Both the position numbers and the translations under genes were made by a program. A stretch of DNA of 64,000 bases from contig JANJGN010000010.1 of NCBI GenBank assembly GCA_026770705.1, positions 11,904,001 through 11,968,000 on the forward strand, given 5' to 3'. This DNA is from Isurus oxyrinchus (lineage: Eukaryota). Below, one piece after another: positions 13,164 through 25,390 of the stretch (the first letter of the stretch is position 1; the number at the start of each line of letters is the position of its first letter). The notes beneath the pieces were generated by a model, which had not been told where the DNA came from, made no database searches, and saw nothing but the letters and a program-made list of their open reading frames with translations.

Positions 13164-13358
13164 AAAACAAAAAAACTGCGGATGCTGGAAATCCAAAACA
13201 AAAACAAAAACAGAATTACTTGGAAAAACTCAGCAGGTCCGGCAGCATCGGCGAAGAAGAAAAGAGTTGACGTTTCGAGTCCTCATGACCCTTCGAACTC
13301 AAGTTCTGTCGAAGGGTCATGAGGACTCGAAACGTCAACTCTTTTCTTCTCCGCCGAT
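13164..13358. mobile_element. Penelope-like element end (inverted pseudo-LTR fragments) with 15-bp TSD
   Basis: TSD GCAGCACCAGGCATA at 13149-13163 and 13359-13373. Near-perfect ~52-bp inverted repeat 13245-13296 / 13309-13360. Confidence 0.8.
13302..13340 (+). ncRNA. Minimal type I hammerhead ribozyme-like motif with variant core CUGUCGA
   Basis: AGUU-CUGUCGA-A-GGGUC-augag-GACUC-GAAACGUC/AACU: stem I AGUU/AACU, stem II GGGUC/GACUC, palindromic ACGU stem III. Predicted cut after C13336. Confidence 0.6.
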
Positions 13359-14547
13359 GCAGCACCAGGCATACCTAACAATGAGGTGTAAAGCTGATAA
13401 AGCAGCAACACAGAACTACTTGCGTGCCAAACAGCATAAGCAGCAAGTGATACTCAAAGCTACATGATCCCACAACCAACGGATCAAATCTAAGCTCTGC
13501 AATCCTGCCACGTCCAGTCGTGAATGGTGGTGGACAATTAATCAACTCATTGGAGGAGGAGGCTCCACAAATATCCCCATCCTCAATGATGGGGGGAGCC
13601 CAGCACATCAGTGCAAAAGGTAAGGCTGAAGCATTTGCTACGATCTTCAGCCAGAAGTGCCGAGTGGATGATCCACCTTGGCCTCCTCCGGAGCTCCTCA
13701 GCATCAATTTTACATCCGTTGACTCTCCTTTATCAATTGTGTTAGTAACATCCTCAAAAAACTCCAACAAATTCATCAAACATGATTTCCCATTCACAAA
13801 TCCATGCGATGTCCAATCAGATCATGAGTATCCAAGTATCCATTTATCACACCCTTTAGAATGGATTCTAGCATTTTCCCTACTACTGATGTAAGGCTAA
13901 CGGGTAATTCCCTGTTTTCTCTCTCCCTCCCTTCTTAAATAGTGGGGTGACATTTACTAACTTCCAATCTTCAGGAACCATTCCCGAATCTATAGAATTT
14001 TGGAAAATTATCACCAATGCATCCACTATCTCTGTAGCAACCTCTTCCAACACTCTGGGATGCAGAATATCAAGTGCCAGGGACTTATCAACTTTGTCTC
14101 ATTAATTTCTCCAATAAAACCTTCTTTCTTATACTAATTTTCTTCAGCTTCTTGTTCTCCCTAGTCCTTGGATCTCTAAATCTGGGAGATTTCCTGTATC
14201 TTCCTCAGTGAAAACAGACACAAGGTAATCATATAGCTTCTCTGCCATTTCTCTATTCCCCATTATAAACTCTCTTGACTCTGCCTGTAATGGGCCCACA
14301 TTTGTCTTAGCCAAAAGCTTTTTTTTTTTTTATACACACCTATAGAAGCTTTTACAGTCCATTTTTGTTTTTTGCTAGATTGCATTCATATTCTATTCTC
14401 CCTTTCTTTACCGGTTTCTTGGTCTTCCTTTGCTGTGTTCTAAAAATCTCCCAATCCTAGGGTTTACTACTACTTATGACAACTTTATAAGCCTTTTCTT
14501 TTAATTGTCATAGACAGATGCATCTGCAGCAGGCGGGTTGGTGAGGA

Positions 14548-15875
14548 TTTTTTAAAATTCATTCACAGGATGTGGGCTTTGCTGGCTGGGCCAGCATTTA
14601 TTGCCCATCAGAAATTGATGAGTTGCCTTCCTGAACCGTTGCAGTCCCATGTGGTGTAGGCACACCCCCAGTGCTGTTAGGAAGGGAATTCCAGGATTTT
14701 TACCCAGTGACAGTGAAGGAACAGTGATATATTTCCAAGTCAGGATGGTGAGTAACTTGGAGGGGAACTTCTAGGTGGTGGTGTTCCCATCTACCTGCTG
14801 CCCCTTGTCCTTCTAGATGGTAGTGGTCATGGGTTTGGAAGGTGTTGTCGAAGGAGCCTTGGTGAATTCCTACAATGCATCTTGTCCTGGACAATGTCAA
14901 GCTTCGAGTGTTGTGGGAGCTGCACTCATCCAGGCAAGTGGGGAGTATTCCATCACACTCCTGATTTGTGCCTTGTAGATAGTGGGGAGTCAGGAGGTGA
15001 ATTACTCGTCGCAGGATTCCTAGCCTCTGACCTGCTCTTGTAGCCACAGTATTTATTTGGCTAGTCCAGTTCAGTTTCTGATCAATGGTAACTCCCAGGT
15101 GGGGGTTTTGATAGTGGGGGATTCAGTGATGGTAATGCCATTGAACATCAAAGGGGCGATGGTTGGATTCTCTCTTGTTGGAGATGGTCACTGCCTGACA
15201 ACTGTGTGGAGCAAATACTACTTGCCACTGGTCAGCCCAAGCCTGGATATTGTCCAGGTCTTGCTGCATTTGAACATGAACTGCTTCAGTATCTGAGGAA
15301 TCGCGAATGGTGAAGATGGTGCAATCATCAGTGAACATCCCCACTTATGTCCCTATGTTGGAAGGAAGGTCATTGATGAAGCAGCTGAAGTTGGTTGGGC
15401 TGAGGACACTACCCTGAGGAACTCCTGCAGTGATGTCCTGGAGCTGAGATGACTGACCTCCAACAACCACAACCACTTCCTTTGTGCTAGGTATGACTCC
15501 AAACAGTTGAGAGCTTTTCCCCTGATTCCCAGTGACTCCAGTTTTGCTAGGGCCCCTTCATGCCACACTGTCAAATGCTGCCTTGATGTTAAGGGCAGTC
15601 ATCTCGGCTCACCTCGGGAGTTCAGCTCTTTTGTTCATGTTTGAACCAAGGCTGTAGTGATGTCAGGAGCTGAGCGACCATGGCAGAACCCAAATCGGGT
15701 GTCAGTGAGCAGGTTATTACTAAGCAAGTGCTGCTTGACAGCACTGTTGATGACCCCTTCCATTACTTTATTGATGATCGAGAGGGGCAGTAATTAGCCG
15801 GGTTGGATTTGTTCTGTTTTTTGTGTACAGGACATACGTGGGCAATTTTCCACATAGCTGGGCAGATGCCAGTGT
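14548..15875 (-). mobile_element. LINE family B copy 2 (5'-truncated) inserted into copy 1
   Basis: Has its own tail at 14548 and a duplicate RT (VWHEGALAKL, FTDDCTIF). The host sequence ...GGTGAGGA|TGAGGTCAAG... rejoins across it. Confidence 0.78.
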
Positions 15876-16720
15876 TGAGGTCAAGTATGTCTTTTCCTCT
15901 TATTGGTTCCCTCACCACCTGCCGCAGACCCAGTCTAGCAGCTATGCCCTTTAGGGCTCGGCCAACTAGGTCAGTAGTGGTGCCACCAAACCACTCGGTG
16001 ATGGATATTGAAGTCCCTCACCCAGGGTACACTGTGCACCCTTGCCACCCTCAGTGCTCCCTCCAAGTGGCATTCAACATGGAGGACCTGAGGGAGGGCA
16101 GTATGTGGAAATCAGCAGGAAGTTTCCTTGCGCAAGTTTGACCTGATGCCATGAGACTTCATGGGGTCTGGCATCAATGTAGATCACTCCCAGGGCAACT
16201 CCCATCTGACTGTATACCAGTGTGCCGGGACATACCCAGGGAAGGTGATGGTGGCGTCTGGCACATTATCTGTAAGATATGATTCCGTGAGGATAACTGT
16301 TGCTTGACTAATCTAAGAGACTGCCCCCAGATGTTAGTAAGGAGGACTTTGCAGGGTCTGAGATTGCCGTTGACGTTTCCGGTGCCTAGGTTGATGCCGG
16401 GCGGTCCTGCTGGTTTTATTCCTTTTTTGAGATTTTGATACAACTGAGTGGCTTGCTAGGCTATTTACGAGGGTATTTACCTGGAGCAGGTATGGGTGGC
16501 ATTTACCTGCAGCAAGCAAGGTTTCCTTCTCCCAAAGGTTCCCGAACCCTAAAGGGCATTAGTGAACCAGATTAATGATCCAATCAACTGGACTTTGAAT
16601 TCCAGATTCCTATTGAATTCAAATTCCACCATCGGCTGTGGTGGGATTTGAACCCGGGTCCCCAGAGCATTACCCTGGTCCTCTAGATTACTAATCTAGC
16701 GACAATACCATCGCCTCCCC

Positions 16721-18258
16721 TGGGTGGTGGTGGGGAAGCTTCTAGGAACAACTATTTGGGATAGACTTAACAGTTACATGGAAAAACATGGGTCGATTAG
16801 AGCAAGCATGGATTTCTTAAGGGAAAAATCATGTTTAGCTAACTTTGAGTTTTTTAAAAAGGTAACAGAGAGGGTTGATGAGGGTCAATGCTGTTGACGC
16901 AATGTACATAGGCTTCCAAAAGGCATTTAATACAGTGCTGCACAACAGACATGAGAGAAAAGTTATGGTTTATGGAATAAAAGAGACAGTAGCAATGTGG
17001 ATACAAACTTGGCTGAGCAATAGGAAACAACGAGTAATGTTTTATGGATATTTTTCTGGCTGGAGGAAGGTTTGTAGTGGAGTTCCCCAGTGGTCAATGT
17101 TGGGACCCTTGCTTTTCCTGATATATATTAATGATTCAGATCTTGGTGTGTAGGGGACAAATTCAAAGTTTGCGGATGATACAAAACTTGAAAGCATTGT
17201 AAACTGTGAGGAGGACAGTGTAGCACTTCCAAAGGGCATAGACAAGTCAGTGGAGTGTGTAGATAGGTGGCAGATGAAGTTCAATGCAGAGGAGTTTGAG
17301 GCGATACATTTTGGTGGGAAGAACATGGAGAGGCAATATAAAGAGTACAATTCTAAAGGGTGTGCAGGAGCAGAGGGGCCTATGTGTATATGTGCAGGAG
17401 TCATTAAAGGTGGAGAAAGCAGTTAATAAAGCACACAGTATCCTAGGTTTTAATAACAGGGCCATAGAGTACAAGAGCAAGGAGGTTAGCTGAACTTGTA
17501 TAGGACACTGTACAAGTGTCACCTCAGTTACAAAACAAAAACAAAAACAAAAATGCCTGGAAAAACTCAGCAGGTCTGACAGAATCTGCGGAGAGGAACA
17601 CAGTTAACGTTTCGCGTCCGAATGACTCTTTGCTGAGTTTTTCCAGATATTTTTATTTTTGTTTTGGATTTCCAGCATCCGCAATTTTTTGCTTTCACCT
17701 CAGTTATACCTCAGCTGGAGTAGTGTGTACAGTTTTGGGCACCACATTTTAGGGAAGATGTGAACACATTGGAGAAAGTGAAGAGGTATACAAAAATGGT
17801 TCCAGGAATGAGAAACTTTAGTTATGAAGGTAGATTGGAGATGTTAGGACTGTTCTGCTTGAACAGGAGAAGAGTGAAAGGAGATTTAATAGAGGTGTTC
17901 AAAATCATGAGGGGGCTGGACAGAGTAGATAGGGAGAAACTATTCCCATTCGTGAAAAGATCGAGAATGAGAGGGCATAGGTTTAAAGTGATTTGCAAAA
18001 GAAGCAAATGTGATGCGAGAGAAAACATTTTCATGCAGCGAGTGGTATGGGTCTGGAATGCACTGCCTGGAAGTGTGGTGAAGGCACGTTTAATTGAGGC
18101 ATTTAAATAATCATCTAGTGCCCTCTTAAAGAGAAACAATCTGCAGGGTTACAGGAAAAAGGCAGGGGAATGGGACTGTGTCATAATGCTTATTTGAGAA
18201 CTGGTGCAGACAAGATGGGCCGAATGGCCTCCTTCTGAACCATAACAATTCTGTGAAA
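16721..18258 (+). mobile_element. CR1 LINE A, 3' part (RT and 3' tail)
   Basis: Resumes at VVGKLL, the sequence expected after NYRPV. Contains GVPQWSMLGPLLFLIYIND and FADD; ends GGGCCGAATGGCCTCCTTCTG. Confidence 0.88.
17531..17694. mobile_element. Penelope-like end fragment (inverted halves) with 12-bp TSD
   Basis: TSD TCACCTCAGTTA at 17519-17530 and 17695-17706. GGAAAAACTCAGCA / TGCTGAGTTTTTCC inverted. Confidence 0.8.
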
Positions 18259-20999
18259 TGTCACTAAATATCTCATCACCAAATGTACTTGGTCTGCAAC
18301 ATAAATTACTCCAGTTCCACACTTGTGTGATTGATTCTTAGTGAAATCAAAGTACCTGGAGATTAGCAATGAATACCACCATGCCAATATCAACATCCCG
18401 CTCTTTGTAATACTCTTTGGTCTCTGTATACCAGTCAGAACTTTCTTTCATTGAAGCGCCCATTTTTTTCAATGTTTTTACTGTCATGCAAAATTCTCCT
18501 GCACTGTGCCACCTCCCAAGTGTCCGTATGATTCTTTACCTATTTTCTCAATTTCTATGGCCATTTTCTCAAAGTACAGCATAGATAGTAAGGTTGTAGA
18601 TAATATGGAAGTAAGCAATGGGTTCAGGCAAGGAAAAATTGTCCAGCAGGTGAAGACATGCAAGTGAGAGAATGAGGGGTTTTGGAAACTCAGGCATGGA
18701 GCAGGGGTGTTAGGGTTTGCAAGCATGGTGCAGGGGAGGCAGAGGACCAGGTTGGATTCATTGCTGCTTTCCTGCTGGTAGCACTTGTGGAGGAGACATG
18801 ATGATGTTGGAGTTTAGGCACATTAAAAAAAGGTCAAGAGAAACAGAGATGAACTAGTGCCTGAAGCACTGGTGGTGGTTCTAAGTCTGGCAGCATGGCA
18901 TGGAAGAGAGGGTTCCTGGGCTTGTTAACACCAACAGAAAGTACAGGAACTGACAGGATGTCAAGAGAACATAGAAGCTGCAGTAGCACAGATAACAGTT
19001 GTAGCCTGCACAAAGAACAGATCAGCTTTGATTGCACCAGGGTCAAACTCAGCAGTAAAAGCCCATGTAAATAAGATGCATCAACTACACAAGACTGAGC
19101 ACAGAGTGTAAGGTTACATGTAGGAATATCCAAAAGGCAAGGCCCAGCTGAACAATACAAAGTCCATGCCTACTAAAGGACAGACTTCTAGCAGCAAAAC
19201 CTTATTGGATGGATTACCAACAGGACCCAAGTAATTTTATGTACAACTTTATTTTCTTTTTCCCAATTATTTATGTTTATGTGTTATGAGTTGTATTCTT
19301 ACCCATATAAATTTAGTTTGCTGAGGAGACATGACAACCAAAAGATATCAGAGAAAAAGTTGTTCAATGATTTGATTGATAATTTTTCACATTTGCTTAC
19401 TAGTAATTATTTTTTCTTACTTGACTATATTCAACCAAATCAGCATAATTAACAGTCATTTGACCAATCAGTTGCAAGTGTGCCGCTCATTTCCCATGCA
19501 TTACGGACACATGATAGATGCAACACACTTAACTACATAGATATAAAAGTCACATATGTTTATCTTCCATGCAAGCATATGTAAGCGCAAAAACAGCGAA
19601 ATTGATATATACCAACTAAATGCAATTTAAACATGCATTTTGAACAATGAGATCCAACATGGTCAGAGTACACACTCCCCTGTCTATTTTACTCTGGGAA
19701 ATGTTAAAAGTAACTGCAAATTACATGGCGAAAAAAAAGCTTTGCTTTAACTCAAATTTATTTTCCAATATTCACTAGTGAGTTCACATTTCCAAATTTC
19801 AGTTTGTGTCGAGGAAGGGGTCAACAAAAACTGTAAAAAGCAGCATTTTACAAGCATGCTTAAAAGACTTGTGCAGCTCATCAAAAAAAATCTGTTCCCT
19901 ATTCTCCAAGCTAAGAATTGTTCAATTTTCTGTCAACGATAAAATATAAACTTGTTGGAACTTCAGTTCGGCTGAGCGCCACAATCTGAACCATAACATC
20001 CAGAAGTGTTATGTAGAAAATGGCAGAGCCAGCAAGGCTGTACTGCCGCCTGAATCACAGCATCCAATTGTATCATGTGTCAATCCTTCTATTTTGTTTT
20101 AATATGGCACCAAAAAAAAAAAAGTCACCTGGGTAGTGGGAAAGAACAATAGCACCATGGAGCAGGTATCAATAAAGGCACAAGAACCGTTCTAGTTCCC
20201 AATAAAGTTGTGAATTGCCAAGTGGATCATGTAGTGGGTGGACACAGAAAATTGGAAGAAATCGAAGCCTCGATGGACCCTGGCACCTCCTAGCAGCTCC
20301 AGCAAACAGTCACTATCTTTGCTGAAAGGTATCGTGTCAGGAGCAAAAAAACAAGAACAGAAGGTACGGAATCTTCCCAGGAAAATATCTGAAGAAACAG
20401 AATCCACCTCAGGGTGTACTCAATAATGTCTGATTCACTTGCATAGGTAATGTGATACCCCCGAACGTGAAACAACGAACTTCTTGAGGAAAATACATAA
20501 GGTAACCGACTCCTTTTTACTGTATTTCCCCACACCACACAACATTCCCAATGTTGGAATCAGGTAATTAGGTTTCTCAGCTCTTTGAAACCAATTGTTT
20601 GTAGGTGAATGAATTGAACCCCTACTTGCTTTCCTTATGGAAAATGCATTTTTTCCACCTGGCACCTTGCCATAGCCGGACAGTTCAGACATAGAGGTGA
20701 ACAAGTAATGCATTGCAGGTATGAACCTAAATCCAACCTCTTTGTTGCCCCAACATGCTGCATGGTAAAGTGCCAAGCTCATTTTCTGCAAACATTTTTG
20801 AAATAGTGATTTAAAAAAAAAATATCAATTCAGTATTATTTTGGGCTCATTCCCTACAAAGGCAGAGACAAACAATTAAGGGTTTGGTGTGAAATAAAAC
20901 AAATTGCCTTTTATCTGAACACCAACATGCTTAATTAATCATCTTTTTTATCACAATAGGGTGTAGAATCAAGAGGCCTAAAAAGATAGCAAATTATAT

Positions 21000-21295
21000 A
21001 GGCCATTTCAGAAGGTAGTTAAGATTCAACCACATTGCTGTGGGTCTGGAGTCAGATGTTGTCCAGGCAAGGAGGGCAGATTTCCTTCCCTAAAGAGCAT
21101 TAGTGAACCAAAAGGGTTTTTATGACAATCAATGACAGTTTTAAGGTTAGCATTACTGAGACCAGCTTTCAATTCCAGATTTATTAATCAAATTCAAATT
21201 TATCAGCTGCCATAGTGGGATTTGAATCCATGTCCTCAGAATTTTGGCCTGGGCCTCTGGATTACTAGTCCAGTGACATCACCACTATACCACCT
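21000..21295 (-). mobile_element. tRNA-headed SINE-like element (family B head)
   Basis: Homologous to 3345-3600. B-box-like GGATTCAAATCC on the minus strand. Confidence 0.7.
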
Positions 21296-21784
21296 AACCC
21301 TAGTATCAAAAATAAATCCTGGTAATGATAGTAAGGCATAATGGAAGAAATGTTTGTATACTGAACGTGCCAATCTGGCTATTCAATAGACACTGTCTTA
21401 AAAGCAAATGGGTAAGATAACTTAGGATGTAAAGTGGGAACTCACTAGAATAATTCTGTAAATCTAAGCAAGCAGGGCTCTATAGAAGAAAATGGTCATA
21501 CATAAGTTTCTCTGCTCTAAATATGTACAAAATAAAAATAAGATCCATTGTGCCAGGCAAAATGCTACAGAGGGATATAGGGAAGTGGAGAAAGTGAAGT
21601 TCATGCAGTAAAATTTTATTCATTGTAGAAGCTGTGGTCTTTTTACAGCTTAAACTTGCCACATCAGCCATTTCTCGTTTCACGTCTCATTACTTGAACC
21701 AATTTCCAATTAAGTAATTCTGAAGAATTTAGGTCAATAGATATGAGTATGATCCATTAATCTATTTACAATATATTTTCTTAC

Positions 21785-21856
21785 CTTAGCAGTAGCATTG
21801 GCTCTCACCTCTGGACTACTATTAATATCCACAGTTTCATATACATGTTCATAAAC
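21785..21856 (-). CDS. LIN7C: LIN7C coding exon 3
   Basis: cacag|GTTTAT ... GCTAAG|gtaag, 72 nt. [24 protein letters not shown] is LIN7C-type; this frame is not shown in the ORF track. Confidence 0.96.
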
Positions 21857-22227
21857 CTGTGGGCAATATAATGGATGTTACTGCTGAGAACTGACAAACT
21901 TCCAGGCTTACAGCATTCATTCATAAATGAGCCTTCGATTATTTCAGCAGAACAAAATTGTGCAAAACCAGCTGAAAGCAAACACAAATTTTAAAGTCAA
22001 AAATTAAATAAAATGTGTGTAATTAAAGATTTGGATTTAACAGGAAAAGCCCAGCAAGTAAAATAAGGCATTCAATGAGCTATGTCTCGCAAGTCACTTG
22101 TTTATGGGGGTGAAAAGTGGATCATTGATGGTGGATCGTTCTCATTCAAGGTATTTTACCATATGAAGACATTGTCATTTAAGGTGTTACTGAATAAGCC
22201 TCAGTGAGTAATTATCAACTTAAAATC

Positions 22228-22420
22228 AGAACATAGGAACACAGGACTTAAGAGCAAGAGTAGGTCATTTGGCCCTTTGAGCCTGCTCCGCCATTCAATA
22301 AGATCATAGCTGATCTGGCTGTGGTCTCAACTCCATTTTCCTATCAGCCCCCATAACCCTCGACTCCCTTATCTATCAGAAGTCTGTCTAAGGCTGCAAT
22401 AAATAAATTCAATGACCTAG
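22228..22420 (-). mobile_element. CR1 3' end fragment in intron 2
   Basis: CR1 tail GAGTAGGTCATTTGGCCCTTTGAGCCTGCTCC. Confidence 0.75.
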
Positions 22421-22550
22421 CACGTAGATGATTTTTCTAAAATGTTTGCCTGTAATAATGCAGCTAGGTGTTACTGAGCGCAATTGTATTTAAACTGCTT
22501 TCTTACTTTATCATGCATGATACAGAGGGGAGAAATGTACAGGCACATAC

Positions 22551-22669
22551 TTCTCGCACAGCAACACAGAATTCACTCTGAAGTACTCTTTGCAAAGCCT
22601 GCAGCTTCTGGGGTGGCACCTCTCCACTCCTTTGCAACTTCTCCAGTAGTTCAATAGCTCGGGAAACAT
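22551..22669 (-). CDS. LIN7C: LIN7C coding exon 2 (L27 domain)
   Basis: ttccag|ATGTTT ... CGAGAA|gtatgt, 119 nt. (D)[39 protein letters not shown]. Confidence 0.96.
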
Positions 22670-22732
22670 CTGGAAAGTCAAGCACAGATTCAAGTATAGT
22701 CAGATGCAGAGTCAAAACTAATTCTTTGCAAT

Positions 22733-24062
22733 TAGGAAAATAGGAACCGAGGGCATAGGAGTCTGCTCAGTCATTTGTTAAGATCATAGCTGGTCTGATT
22801 GTGGCCTCAACTTCACTTTCCGCTCCATCCCCCATAACCTTGATCTTTTGTCTATCAAGAATTTATCCAACTCAGCCCTCAAATGTATTCAATGACCCAG
22901 TCTCCACTGCTCTCTGGGGAAGAGAATTCCATAGACTAACAATCCTCAGAGAAAAATTTTTCCTCATCTCAGTCTTAAAGGGGATTCCTTTATTCTTAAA
23001 CTGTGTCCCCTAGTTGTAGTCTCCCTCACACGTGGAAACATCAGCCTGGTACACCCTATAAAATCATCTCAGGATCTTGTATGTTTCAATAAGATCACCT
23101 CTCATTCTTCTAAACTCCAATGGGTACAGGCCTAACCAGACCAACCTTTCTTCATAAAGTAAGCCCTTCATCCCAGGAATGAGTTGAGTGAACCTTCTCT
23201 GTGCTACTTCTAATGCAATTATATTCTTTTTCAAATAAGGTAGCCAAAACTGTGCACAGTACTCCAGATGTGATCTCACCAAGGCCCTCAACAGCTGAGG
23301 TAAAACTTTCCTACTTTTATATTCCATTCCCCTTGCAATAAACGTCAACATTCCATTTGCCTTCCTGATAGCTTGCTGTGCCTGCATTTTGTGATTCATG
23401 TACCAGGTACCCAGATCTTTCTGTACCACCGAGTTCTGCTGTCTCTCTCCATTTAAATAGTATACTGCTTTTCTATTCTTCCTGCCAAAGTGGACAAATT
23501 CATATTTTCCCACATTATACTCTATCTGCTAAATGTTTGCCCACTCACTCAACCCATCTATATCCTTTTGTAGACTTTTTAACCTCCTCTTGGGAACTTA
23601 CTTTCCTAATTATCATTTCTCCATCAGCAAATTTAGCTACTATACTACTGGTCCCTTCATCCAAGTCATTTATATTGATTGTAAATAGTTGAGGCCCAGC
23701 ACTGATCCATGTGGCACTCCACTAGTTACAGCTTGCCAACCTGAAATGACCCATTTATCCCTCCTCTCTTCTTCCTGTTAACTAACCAACCCTTTATCCA
23801 TGCTAATATGTTACCCTTACGCCATGTAATCAAATCTTGTGCAGCAAGCTTTTATGTGGCACCTTATCAAATGTCTTTTGGAAATCCAAGTACACCACAT
23901 CTACAGGTTCCCCTTTGTCCACTTTGCTTGTTACTTTCTCAAAAAAATCTATTAAATTAGTAAAACATTATTTCCCTTTCATAAAACTATGTTGACTCTG
24001 CTGATCAAATTATGATTTTTAAGTAGCCTGCTGTAAGCTCCTTAATAATAGATTCTAGCAAT
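22733..24062 (-). mobile_element. CR1 LINE 3' portion
   Basis: ORF 23064-23513 LVRSHLEYCAQFW and RRMRGDLIETYK. Very similar to 3835-5140. Confidence 0.88.
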
Positions 24063-25064
24063 TTCATGTATTTACACTTTTTCTAAAATAACAGAGGAAT
24101 TTCAGACAGAAGTATTTGCTAGCAGTCCACTGTGCAATTTCAGGCAACGATTCCTCAAATCTCTAGATATAGAATAAATGTTGAAAATATCTACAAAATA
24201 CTTTCCCTGTCTTCATGCAATTTAAAGTTTGATGTTATGACATCAAATAACTGTTCAAAATTCCTACTGTTAGTCCTGTTTCCAGAATAAAGTTGCAAGT
24301 TAAAAGTTATACAGCAACAAATTTAAAAACGTGCCTTTTGACTTCAAGTTTGGCATAAAAGTCCATCCTAATTTTATTGCCATCATAACCATGTCCAAAG
24401 CAATGGCAGAACGTGCTTCAAGAAACTGAATTTTGATTACCGCAGTAAGGCTTTTTCTACTGATGGTATCGGTCCAATTTTTGGGAAAAGTCTGACTTCA
24501 CAATGAATTACAATGGCAGCACACCACAATATGGCTGGATGACAGATTCTGGAAAAAGTCCTTGTACACAAGGTTTTAGATTGTAATGTGATGTCTGAAC
24601 TACCAGATTGACAACGACAATGTTATTGCTGTCAGTTCAGTGGGTAGCTGGACTTTGATGAATGCAAGCACAGTATTCTCCCTTCACTGGAATATCAGCC
24701 CTTGGCTCTTATGCCGTCATTGTCACATATCTTCAAAGCCTCTGAAAAACAGTCCGACTGCTGTACACCATTATGGAAACAGAAGTATTGTATGTTTTAA
24801 GTTGCAGAATCATGCTTATTGGTTCCTCTGTTACAGCAATATTTATTAAATAATTTGGAATAAGCTGGCCACCCCACTGTTGGGTTTATTTTTAGTTCTT
24901 TTGCTAATGCCAATTCAATTAATGTCCTTAAGAGTTAAGAGTGGCAGTCCACTCATTTATCTCATTTAGAAATAGCACAGGCAACACACCAGTGACATTA
25001 CCTCCTTATTCACTTGCAACTGTAAACTGGTCCCAAATAATCACAAATTTTCTGCTTCACAGAA

Positions 25065-25390
25065 ATAAATAATTGAATTTATATAGCAGCTTTAACAACC
25101 CTACTGTCCCAAGGCATCTCTCAGCCAATTAAGTACTTTGTGAAGCATAGGCAGTGAAACGAGAGAGACAGATATCAGCTAAAGTGTGCACAACAATGTC
25201 TCTCAAACAGCAATGACATAAATAGCCAGATAATTTGACTTAGTAACGTGGGTTAATATATGAATGTTATCCAGGACACAGAACTCCCCTGTTCTTGTCT
25301 GAACAGTATCCTGGGATATTTTGTGTCCACTTGAGGGGCTAGACAGAACTACAGTTTAATGACTGATATGGAAGACAGAATATCTGATAG
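25065..25390 (-). mobile_element. Decayed Deu-domain SINE
   Basis: Reverse complement of the motifs at 2950-3245 (CAGCCAATTAAGTACTT, CAAACAGCAAT, CCAGGACAC). Confidence 0.55.

Larger units (their letters stand above)
13076..13705 (+). mobile_element. LINE family B internal fragment nested in CR1
   Basis: IKPGDQPWFNEECRRACQEQHQAY and KAEAFATIFSQKC; opposite orientation to its host. Confidence 0.75.
11906..14505 (-). mobile_element. CR1 LINE nested in family B copy 1
   Basis: 3' tail at ~11910; FRKAFDKVP and GKSCLMNLLEFF motifs. Interrupted at 13076-13705. Confidence 0.85.
10706..16720 (-). mobile_element. LINE family B copy 1 (CR1/L2-group), in pieces 10706-11905, 14506-14547 and 15876-16720
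   Basis: RT QFGFRQGRSAPDLITALV...LDIKAAFGRVWH and GVPQDSV.GP; endonuclease start VLLTNIWG. tRNA-like head at ~16640-16720, tail at 10706. Confidence 0.8.

Noticed and set aside
20150-20500. Coding-looking segment in intron 3 (ORFs 20238-20426 + and 20192-20407 -)
   Set aside because: Stops in all frames I read and no recognisable homology; cannot be supported without a database search.
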